DNA from: a virus
Taxonomy: Duplodnaviria > Caudoviricetes
Length of the DNA: 50,189 bases
Virus record (IMG/VR): IMGVR_UViG_3300005613_000094
Location: 1-50,189 of that record
Reading direction: 5' to 3' (one strand)
Part shown: positions 42,843-50,189 of the stretch, piece after piece
Numbering within the stretch: the first letter of the stretch is position 1
How the letters are laid out: each line of letters begins with the position of its first letter
Notes under the pieces: generated by a model
The model's input: the letters and a program-made list of their open reading frames with translations, nothing else
Told to the model about the DNA's origin: nothing
Databases searched by the model: none
Position numbers and translations under genes: made by a program

Positions 42843-43490
42843 ATGGCTGTTGACCAACTGCAACTAACTAACGACGCCCTAGGCATCCTAGGTGAACGAA
42901 GCCTGGTAACCACCACGGACGCGACCGAAGCTGCGCGAACTATGCTCGCACTGTGGGACCACGCCATGAGGTACTGTCTTAGTCAGGGTCATTGGACCTT
43001 CGCCGAACGCGAAGCCGTACTGAACCCCTCGGTAACCGAGGTGCCTACGTACGGCTTAGCCAATGCCTTCGCGTACCCAACCGATTACGTGCGCGTGAAC
43101 GAACTAGCCTCCGACGAGTACTTCCAATCACCGATAGTGCAGATCCACGAGCGGAAGAGCCACTGGTACTGCGACCTAAGCACCTTGTACCTGCGGTACG
43201 TGTCAAACGATGCAGTCTATGGCTACGACGTAACTTTATGGCCCGCCGCTTACGAGTTGTATTTCACACTGTACTTAGCAACCCGCGCCTCTCCACGTAT
43301 CTCCCCCGGTTCAAAAGTGGAGCTACTGAGGAGTGGTGAAGGGGTCTCGTTGAAGGATGCCAAGCTGGACGCGCTAAGCAAAGACGCCGTAAACGGGCCT
43401 ACCCAGTTCTTACCGCAAGGTAGCTGGGCTAACTCCCGTGGTAGCCGAAGCGGTGGTCGCAACAGCCGGAGTTCACTGTATGGCAGTTAA
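42843..43490 (+). CDS. Tail adaptor (tail tubular protein A-like)
   Basis: N.AL..LGE; H.W.FA; F.YP.D; LRYV; W..SR. Confidence 0.82.
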   Translation: MAVDQLQLTNDALGILGERSLVTTTDATEAARTMLALWDHAMRYCLSQGHWTFAEREAVLNPSVTEVPTYGLANAFAYPTDYVRVNELASDEYFQSPIVQIHERKSHWYCDLSTLYLRYVSNDAVYGYDVTLWPAAYELYFTLYLATRASPRISPGSKVELLRSGEGVSLKDAKLDALSKDAVNGPTQFLPQGSWANSRGSRSGGRNSRSSLYGS

Positions 43491-46134
43491 CGACGACTAT
43501 ATCCTAGCGTTTAACCGAGGCGTCCTCAGCCCTTTAGCTAGAACACGCGCTGACGTAAAGCGAGCCGGGATGTCGGCAGAAACCCAGATGAACTGGGTGC
43601 CCAGGTCTATGGGGCCCATGTCCCTACGTCCGGGTTTTCAATACATCGGCGCAACAGCCACAGCGGTTGGCGCAGTAAAGCATATTCCTTTTATATTCTC
43701 GAACGATGACCTGGCTATTATCGAGATCACCGATCAGCTTATACGATTTTTGGTAAACGACGAACTCGTGTCCCGCGCTTCTGTATCGTCCGCAGTGACC
43801 AACGGCACCTTCGATTCAGACGTAACCAGTTGGGTTGATGGCGACCAGGGGTCTGCTGTGTCCGTCTGGCAGACTGGCGGCTACCTGTCACTGACAGGCA
43901 CCGGCAACCAACAAGCCCAACGCTCTCAGGAAGTCACCGTAACGGGCGGGGACATAGGCACTGAACACGGCATAGACATTGAAGTCACTAGCGGCACTGT
44001 AGGGTTGCGGATAGGCACCACCGTACTGCTTGACGACTACGTGAGTGAGACTTTCCTGGCGGAAGGCAACCACTCCATCGCCTTCACACCAACCGGTAAT
44101 TTCTTCATAGTGCTGTTCAACCGGGAGGAAGAGAACGTCCTGGTGACTAGCTGCGAGGTTTCGCCTTCAGGTACTTTAGAGATAGCGACGCCTTTCTTGA
44201 CCGAAGGCACTCTGGATGAGGTAAGGTACGCCCAGTCAGGTGACGTGGTGTTCTTAGCGCGAGGCACCTCAAGGGAGCCTCTGAAAGTAGAACGACGCGG
44301 CACGACCTCCTGGTCCTTGGTGGCCTACCGGCCAGATAATGGCCCGTTTAGGGCAGGCAACAGCACTCCGACAACGATTACACCTAGCGCACTATCCGGT
44401 TCAGTGACACTCACCGCGTCGCAAGCACTGTTCCAAGGCAGTAACGTTAACAGCCTATACTCACTCACCTCAACCGGGCAGGCGATAACAGGTGCTTTGG
44501 GCGCGCTAGACGACGCGAGCGATAACCTCCGGGTGGTGGGTATCACGGACGCTCGTATTTTCTCGTTCACCATAACGGGCACTTGGGTAGGCACCGTCGT
44601 GTTAGAACAGTCCATGGTCGAGCCAGACAGTTGGTCCACGGTCGCTTCATACACGAGCAACCAATCCCTAACGTTCGACGACGGGCTAGACAACCAAGTT
44701 GGCTACTACCGACTACGGATGTCCGCGTACACCTCTGGCACCGCCAACGTAACGATGGACATCAACACCGGGTCCATCACAGGCATCGCCCGTATAACAT
44801 CGGTTACTAGCGAACTCATAGCTGTGGCGCAGGTACTCAAAAATTTTGGGGGCACAGAAGCCACTCGCCTTTGGGCTGAAGGAGCCTGGTCCGCACGCAG
44901 AGGCTACCCCTCCGCACTTGCTTTCTTCGGAGCTCGACTGTATTGGGCGGGCAAGGACAATGTGTGGGGGTCAGCGGTGGACGATTTCGCTAACTTCGAC
45001 GTAGACTTCGTCGGCGACGCGGGTCCTATAAACCGCAGTATCGGGTCCGGCCCGGTAGATCATATCAACTGGCTTGTCCCACTACGACAGTTAGTCTTAG
45101 GCGCTCAAGGCGCTGAGTTCCTCTGCCGGTCAACCGGCTTCGATGAACCAATAACACCCTCTAATTTTAACCTAAGACCTGAAACGTCTTACGGTTCCGC
45201 AGCCATAGAACCGGTCAAGGTAGACGACAGCGTTGTCTTTATCGACCGAACGGTGGCACGCATCATGCAATCTGACGCGTCAACCGAAGGGATAACGACC
45301 ACAGAGTTGTCGCTGCTAACCCCAGAAATCTGTCTTCCTAGCATCTCACGGGTAGCGGCACAGCGGCGCCCGGACACTCGCATACATTTTGTACGTTGTG
45401 ACGGGTCAGCGGTTGTCCTCGTGTACGACAAGGCGGAACAAGTAAATTGCTTCATCACCGTTGAGACTGAGGGGTTGATAGAAGACGTGGTGGTGTTACC
45501 AAACACCCCGGAAGACGATGTGTACTACGCGGTAGCACGGGTAGTCAACGGCTCGGTAGTGCGCTACTTGGAGAAATGGGCTTACGTGTCAGAAACGACA
45601 GGCGCAGAAGCAAACAAGATGGCCGATTCATTCATCGTTTACTCAGGCGCGTCAACCGACACGATAACCGGACTAGACCACCTCGAAGGTAAGACAGTGG
45701 TAGCCTGGGGTAATACTAAAGACTTAGGTAGCTACGTGGTCGCCAGCGGGAGTATAACGCTCACCGAAGAAGTAACGTACTGTGTGGTTGGGCTGTCCTA
45801 CTATGCCGATTTCAAGAGTGGTAAACTTTCCTTCCTATCTGGGCCAGGCCCGGCCTCGCTGTCGAAGAAAAGACGCATCCTGAGCGCTTCGCTAATGCTG
45901 AAAGACACACATAAACAAGGGATAGAATTCGGGTCTGACTTTACCCACTTGGATAACCTCCCCTTAGTCGAGGATGAGGCCACCGTGGTAGCAGACACGG
46001 TACACACCAGCTACGACCAGGATGCACATGTGCTCAACGGCACCCTGGAGAACGACACCCGACTGTGCCTCAGGGCTACAGCGCCAAAACCGTGTACGGT
46101 GTTGGCCGCGGTCATAAGCATACAAGACGCATGA
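43480..46134 (+). CDS. Tail nozzle (tail tubular protein B-like), 884 aa
   Basis: FN.G.LSP...R.D; G....RPG; YAQSGDV; GYP....F...RL; GL.HLEG.TV; VGL.Y. Confidence 0.88.
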   Translation: MAVNDDYILAFNRGVLSPLARTRADVKRAGMSAETQMNWVPRSMGPMSLRPGFQYIGATATAVGAVKHIPFIFSNDDLAIIEITDQLIRFLVNDELVSRASVSSAVTNGTFDSDVTSWVDGDQGSAVSVWQTGGYLSLTGTGNQQAQRSQEVTVTGGDIGTEHGIDIEVTSGTVGLRIGTTVLLDDYVSETFLAEGNHSIAFTPTGNFFIVLFNREEENVLVTSCEVSPSGTLEIATPFLTEGTLDEVRYAQSGDVVFLARGTSREPLKVERRGTTSWSLVAYRPDNGPFRAGNSTPTTITPSALSGSVTLTASQALFQGSNVNSLYSLTSTGQAITGALGALDDASDNLRVVGITDARIFSFTITGTWVGTVVLEQSMVEPDSWSTVASYTSNQSLTFDDGLDNQVGYYRLRMSAYTSGTANVTMDINTGSITGIARITSVTSELIAVAQVLKNFGGTEATRLWAEGAWSARRGYPSALAFFGARLYWAGKDNVWGSAVDDFANFDVDFVGDAGPINRSIGSGPVDHINWLVPLRQLVLGAQGAEFLCRSTGFDEPITPSNFNLRPETSYGSAAIEPVKVDDSVVFIDRTVARIMQSDASTEGITTTELSLLTPEICLPSISRVAAQRRPDTRIHFVRCDGSAVVLVYDKAEQVNCFITVETEGLIEDVVVLPNTPEDDVYYAVARVVNGSVVRYLEKWAYVSETTGAEANKMADSFIVYSGASTDTITGLDHLEGKTVVAWGNTKDLGSYVVASGSITLTEEVTYCVVGLSYYADFKSGKLSFLSGPGPASLSKKRRILSASLMLKDTHKQGIEFGSDFTHLDNLPLVEDEATVVADTVHTSYDQDAHVLNGTLENDTRLCLRATAPKPCTVLAAVISIQDA

Positions 46135-46475
46135 TAGAGATCCGACGAGCAAAGAAAGAAGATGTGCTCCGCTGGTATAACGGGAAACCTATGTACTCTA
46201 TGAAGGGCTACGTCGCTGAAAAAGACGGTGAACTTTTAGGGTTGGGTGGTGTCTTCCGTGTTGGGGGTCACAGGTACGTTTTTGCGGAAATGCTCCCGGA
46301 AGCACACCGCTGGGCTAGAAGCATTTTGCGCATCGCGAAGAAAGTAATTGAAGACGTGGGGGGTGATACAGTGTATGCTGTACGGCAGGAAGATGAGCCT
46401 ACGGCGCACCGGTTTTTAAAACACCTAGGTTTTGTCGAGGTCACACCCGGTAACAATTTGTACAGGAGAAACTAG
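46131..46475 (+). CDS. GNAT-like virion assembly protein (T7 gp13-like position)
   Basis: G..LG.GG; A.RFL..LGF; ATGA overlap with the nozzle gene. Confidence 0.65.
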   Translation: MIEIRRAKKEDVLRWYNGKPMYSMKGYVAEKDGELLGLGGVFRVGGHRYVFAEMLPEAHRWARSILRIAKKVIEDVGGDTVYAVRQEDEPTAHRFLKHLGFVEVTPGNNLYRRN

Positions 46476-47078
46476 ATGGCTTTTATGGCCGCAGCAATAC
46501 CTTTGATTGCAGCAGGCGCAGGCGCCGCCGGAGCCGGGACAGCAGCAGCCGCCGCCGCTTCGCTACTCGCCGCCGGTGTTAGTGCCGCCGCCGCGTTGAA
46601 ACAAGGCCGTGACGCGAAAGCGATGGCAAAGTTCCAGGCGCAGCAACAGAAGGCCAACGCGGCCTCCCAGATAGCTTCAGGACAACACCAGGCACTCGCC
46701 CGACGTCGAGAGTCTGAGATCCGCGAGTCCAGGGCTTTGGCAGTCGCCGGAGCATCAGGCGCAGGCACCCTTGACCCAGACGTCTTAAATATCATCAGTG
46801 GACTAGCTGCCCAAGGTGAAAAAGAATTCCAAGCAGAGAACTTCAACGCGCAAACGAGAGCAGCCCAGTCAACCACCGGCGCAGCCATGAGCGAGATACA
46901 AGGACAACAAGCTAAAGAAGCCAGCCAGATATCCGCCACGAGTACCTTCTTAAGCGGCGCCATCGACGCGGGCACCTCCTTCTTCGGAGCGCCACGCGGG
47001 GCTGCCACAACGAACGCCAACACACTGAACGCATTGAATAGAAGCGGGCAAGGTGCTTTCCAACTGGGGCCAAGATAA
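46476..47078 (+). CDS. Internal virion/ejection protein (gp14-like)
   Basis: Ala/Gly-rich hydrophobic N-terminus, GASG motif, Q/A coiled coil. Confidence 0.75.
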   Translation: MAFMAAAIPLIAAGAGAAGAGTAAAAAASLLAAGVSAAAALKQGRDAKAMAKFQAQQQKANAASQIASGQHQALARRRESEIRESRALAVAGASGAGTLDPDVLNIISGLAAQGEKEFQAENFNAQTRAAQSTTGAAMSEIQGQQAKEASQISATSTFLSGAIDAGTSFFGAPRGAATTNANTLNALNRSGQGAFQLGPR

Positions 47079-48910
47079 TGCCAGTATTACCGACAGCAGA
47101 CACGTTACGAGACCCCGTATTTCAAGCGAACACAGGGGTGGTCTCAGGGGACAACGCCCAGGTCAGTCGGGCGCTTCAAGACGCCGGACGGAACGCACAG
47201 AGAACATCAGAGCGCGTCCTGAACCATATAGACGCCACGGCCTCCCTACACGCACGTGCAGCCATCGTCGAGTTGAAGCGGGCGCAGAACCAGTTAGCCA
47301 TCGGTGAGGGCGGCTACGCACACTTGAGGAACGGCGCGGCAACCACGCCTGGTGTAATCAAGGACTACCAGTCCCGATTCAAGACAGCAGCGGACGGGAT
47401 AGGGGCCAACCTCAGCCCAGAAGCCAGAGCGAAATTCGACGCAATGGCGCGTGAACAAGGCACCAACTTCCAAGCGGGGGTGTTGACACACGTCATGCAG
47501 CAAGACCTCAACCACCGAGGTGAGGTGTACAAGGCGCAGATCGCCGTATCGGCAGAGACCATGGGCATTAACTTCCGTAACCCAGAAGCCATCGCTCGCG
47601 AGCGATCCAACGTTGACGCGACGGTTGCAGGCTTCGCGGAGAAAAACGGCGTCAAGGACAAGGCCCTGCTCGAACGGATGCTACAAGACGCCCGTGGCGA
47701 GGGACACGCAGCCATCATCGAAGGCTACTTGAACGAAGGCAGTGCCGCAGAAGCAGACGAATACTTCCAAGGCATCCGCCAAGAGATGCCCCCGGAGAAG
47801 GCCAAATCGATTGATAACATGCTGAAGCCAGAACTAGCTTTCCAAGACGGGCGTGCAGTTGCCACTGAGCTTTTTGCCCTGCACGTAGGCGGTGCCTCCG
47901 CCAGTGATGTAGCCCTGGCCAAAATGAAAATGACCGACGGTAAGTCCCGCGAAGTAGTCGCAGCGGTAGACAAGGCCTTCGGCGATCAAGTACGAGCACT
48001 AGAACAAGACAGGGCAGACAGGGGTGGCGACATATTACTGTCTGCGTACAAGCGCGAAGGGGGAAGTGGCGTTAATGACCGTCGGCTCCGCGAGATAGAC
48101 GCCACCGACCCCACCTTTGGTTTCCAGCTTCGCCAACAAATAGAGGCGATGGAAAAACGCCGGGCTGTCCCCCCAGGGGGTGGATCAGTGGGCGACGAGA
48201 TGTCGAGCATCGCACTGTACGGCGACATCGCCGCGACGATACGCGACAGCGACACCCCCTTGACCGAGAAGGATGTTATAAACTTGTCGGCTGGCCGGTT
48301 GAAGGATGGTGAGATCAAGACGCTATTCACTATGGTCAACCAGCAGAACCAAGCGGGCGCCAAATTTAAGATAGACCAGACGTTGATTAAGGCGTCCATG
48401 CCTAAGAGCGCACAAGGTGACGCGGCAAAAACAGCGGCGTATAGAGGCTTCATCGAACGCAAAACCCAGGAGTGGAAAACAAACAACCCCGGAAAAATAC
48501 CCACAATGCAGGAGCAACGTGATATTATGTCCTCCGCAACTGCAGAACACATAGACACCAGCAAGGGTTTCTTCGGGTTCCTCCCTTTCGTCGAGAAAGG
48601 TAAACCAGTACCTGCGTTTGAAGCCTCGGAAGATACCTTCCCTGCTGATTTTGCAACGGGGGCAGGCATCACCAACGAGGGTCGGGCTAAGATGTTCTCC
48701 GCGATGAAACGAGCACTACCCGGCAGGACGGACAGGGAGTTGGTGGCTTTCCAACGACGAACAGCCGGGAAGACAACCGCAGATGTATTGAGTGTAGCGG
48801 CATACATACAGGACATGCGTAGCTCACTAGAACCAGAAGTCAACGCCCGTGTTAGCGATGCCCAGATAATTAATCTGTGGGAGCGGAGACAGGCTAAACA
48901 AACTAAATAA
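47078..48910 (+). CDS. Internal virion/ejection protein (gp15-like)
   Basis: 610-aa helical protein between the gp14-like gene and the giant gene; TAATG overlap. Confidence 0.72.
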   Translation: MPVLPTADTLRDPVFQANTGVVSGDNAQVSRALQDAGRNAQRTSERVLNHIDATASLHARAAIVELKRAQNQLAIGEGGYAHLRNGAATTPGVIKDYQSRFKTAADGIGANLSPEARAKFDAMAREQGTNFQAGVLTHVMQQDLNHRGEVYKAQIAVSAETMGINFRNPEAIARERSNVDATVAGFAEKNGVKDKALLERMLQDARGEGHAAIIEGYLNEGSAAEADEYFQGIRQEMPPEKAKSIDNMLKPELAFQDGRAVATELFALHVGGASASDVALAKMKMTDGKSREVVAAVDKAFGDQVRALEQDRADRGGDILLSAYKREGGSGVNDRRLREIDATDPTFGFQLRQQIEAMEKRRAVPPGGGSVGDEMSSIALYGDIAATIRDSDTPLTEKDVINLSAGRLKDGEIKTLFTMVNQQNQAGAKFKIDQTLIKASMPKSAQGDAAKTAAYRGFIERKTQEWKTNNPGKIPTMQEQRDIMSSATAEHIDTSKGFFGFLPFVEKGKPVPAFEASEDTFPADFATGAGITNEGRAKMFSAMKRALPGRTDRELVAFQRRTAGKTTADVLSVAAYIQDMRSSLEPEVNARVSDAQIINLWERRQAKQTK

Positions 48911-48917
48911 GGAAATT

Positions 48918-50189
48918 ATGCCGAATCAAGCTGACTTAGATGAACTCCGCCGAATAAGCGGAGTTTCCAGTGTGGAACCCGTTAACCCACGTGCTGCGAT
49001 GATTTCAGAAGACGCGCTTGAGTTGACCGACCTTGTTACCCGAGGGGAAGACACGATCAACGCTGAGCGAGAAGTAGCCGGTGACGACGTCCCGGCACCC
49101 AAGATCAAACCACCAACACCTGCTGAGATGCAGACTGACCAGTTAGACCAGTCTATCCGCCATGCAGCGACTGCCGACGCTGAAGGCGAAGCGAGTAAAA
49201 GACGTATGGCGGTTGACCTAGGCATTCCCAAAGAACTATTACCGGATAACGCTGAAGAAGAACTATTTCACAAGCAGAACGACGCTGAGACATTGCAACG
49301 CACGCACCCAGCCACCGCCAAATACATGGCTGACCAGGGCAACGCCACCATCGTCGGTAAAGACATTGAAGAACTGAAGGGCATGGAAATGTTTATGTCC
49401 CGGTTCGTTAAAGACCCGTTAATCGATTTGTTGAAAGGCACCATCGCCGTACCTGAGACGGTCGCTGGTCTTGGTGGCATCGCCAGAACAGCTGCGCCCG
49501 AACTCGTACCAGTAGTCCTCCGCAATGCGTTAAAAGCGATACCACAGGTGGCCGAAGCCGGTGACGCTGTGACACGTGCGCGCCGGGCGGTAGAGGGCAC
49601 TGTTGACTTCAAGCGAAGCCAAGAGATACTCGACGCCATGCAGTCTCCTGAACGCCAGGAGGCACAGCGCCTTCTAGCTGAGACCCAGGGATTCTTCCCT
49701 TCCTTAGGACAGGCCCTGGAAACCCCATCGGTCATCGGAGGCGCTGTCGTACAGAGTATACCGAGTCTGGGGGTGAGTGGTGTGTTCGCGCAGCAGTTGA
49801 TGAAAATATTTCCGAAGTTAGCGCCTCTGGTCGCAGGCGCGGCTGGCGAAGGTTTGACCATCACCGGTTCCTCTGCGGAATCAATCCGACAAGAAACCCA
49901 AGACGGGGAGTTGAACGCTCCGCAGGCACTCGCTGCAGTAACCGCCGGTGTCGCTGGCACAGGTATCAATATCCTCGGCGGTAAGATCGCGCAGAAGATG
50001 GGCGCCACTGACATCGACACGGCCATCGCATCAGGTTCTTTGAAGAAAGCACTTGACGCATCAGGGATGCCCGCTCGCTTAGCCACCCGCGTCATGACTG
50101 GTGTTGCCGGTGAGGGTTTGGAAGAACTTGGCCAATCAGGTGTCGAGCAGATAGCACAGAACGTCGCTCTTGGCAAGCCTTGGGATGAG
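48918..50189 (+). CDS. N-terminal part of the giant ejection/polyvalent protein (continues into 1-8553)
   Basis: ATG at 48918 with AAGGA RBS; frame read by hand is open for 383 codons to 50066 and is in frame with the ATG at 50067 (= position 1). Confidence 0.9.
   Translation, partial: MPNQADLDELRRISGVSSVEPVNPRAAMISEDALELTDLVTRGEDTINAEREVAGDDVPAPKIKPPTPAEMQTDQLDQSIRHAATADAEGEASKRRMAVDLGIPKELLPDNAEEELFHKQNDAETLQRTHPATAKYMADQGNATIVGKDIEELKGMEMFMSRFVKDPLIDLLKGTIAVPETVAGLGGIARTAAPELVPVVLRNALKAIPQVAEAGDAVTRARRAVEGTVDFKRSQEILDAMQSPERQEAQRLLAETQGFFPSLGQALETPSVIGGAVVQSIPSLGVSGVFAQQLMKIFPKLAPLVAGAAGEGLTITGSSAESIRQETQDGELNAPQALAAVTAGVAGTGINILGGKIAQKMGATDIDTAIASGSLKKALDASGMPARLATRVMTGVAGEGLEELGQSGVEQIAQNVALGKPWDE
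50067..50189. repeat. Terminal direct repeat, copy 2
   Basis: Identical to 1-123. Confidence 0.95.

Noticed and set aside
49268-50176. 302-aa minus-strand ORF, and similar long antisense ORFs (47986-48843, 18569-19273, 5463-6089)
   Set aside because: Antisense shadows of long genes on the opposite strand; no RBS or recognisable motifs.
1-50189. Alternative genetic code
   Set aside because: Core genes are full-length under the standard code, and all three stop codons are used at tight gene junctions.

Overview
The window is a complete, circularly permuted ~50.07-kb podovirus genome: positions 50067-50189 repeat 1-123 exactly. Gene order resembles Bordetella BPP-1/APSE-like phages. An Rz/Rz1 spanin pair implies a Gram-negative host. 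The + strand carries early genes (28.6-31.4 kb), then TerS, an accessory block (ConA/LamG-like proteins, a signal-peptide glycoside hydrolase-like protein, an M15 endolysin), TerL, portal, scaffold, major capsid, adaptor, nozzle and three ejection proteins. The last ejection protein is a ~3233-aa polyvalent protein spanning the sequence junction (48918-50066 + 1-8553), with ART, GNAT, LPD23/zincin and other modules. Two beta-propeller-like paralogues and lysis genes follow. The - strand carries the replication arm: DUF2800 nuclease, DUF2815 SSB, family A DNA polymerase, pentapeptide-repeat protein, VRR-NUC, SNF2 helicase and a TraR-like protein. A divergent arm encodes a Cro-like protein, a primase-helicase and a MazG-like protein. 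I saw no integrase, reverse transcriptase, CRISPR array or tRNA. The most notable unexplained elements are: (1) a ~250-nt nested multi-stem non-coding RNA candidate directly behind the SSB gene; (2) ejection-protein cargo modules each ending in an (L/F)-x-Q motif; (3) small proteins resembling fragments of a capsid protein and of a PolA palm; (4) seven copies of an AGAAT-N3-ATTCT palindrome around a putative origin/terminus and the terS promoter; (5) a pentapeptide gene bracketed by an exact 16-bp repeat; (6) late promoters whose -35 boxes lie inside inverted repeats. All calls come from manual reading and remembered family motifs; no searches were run.
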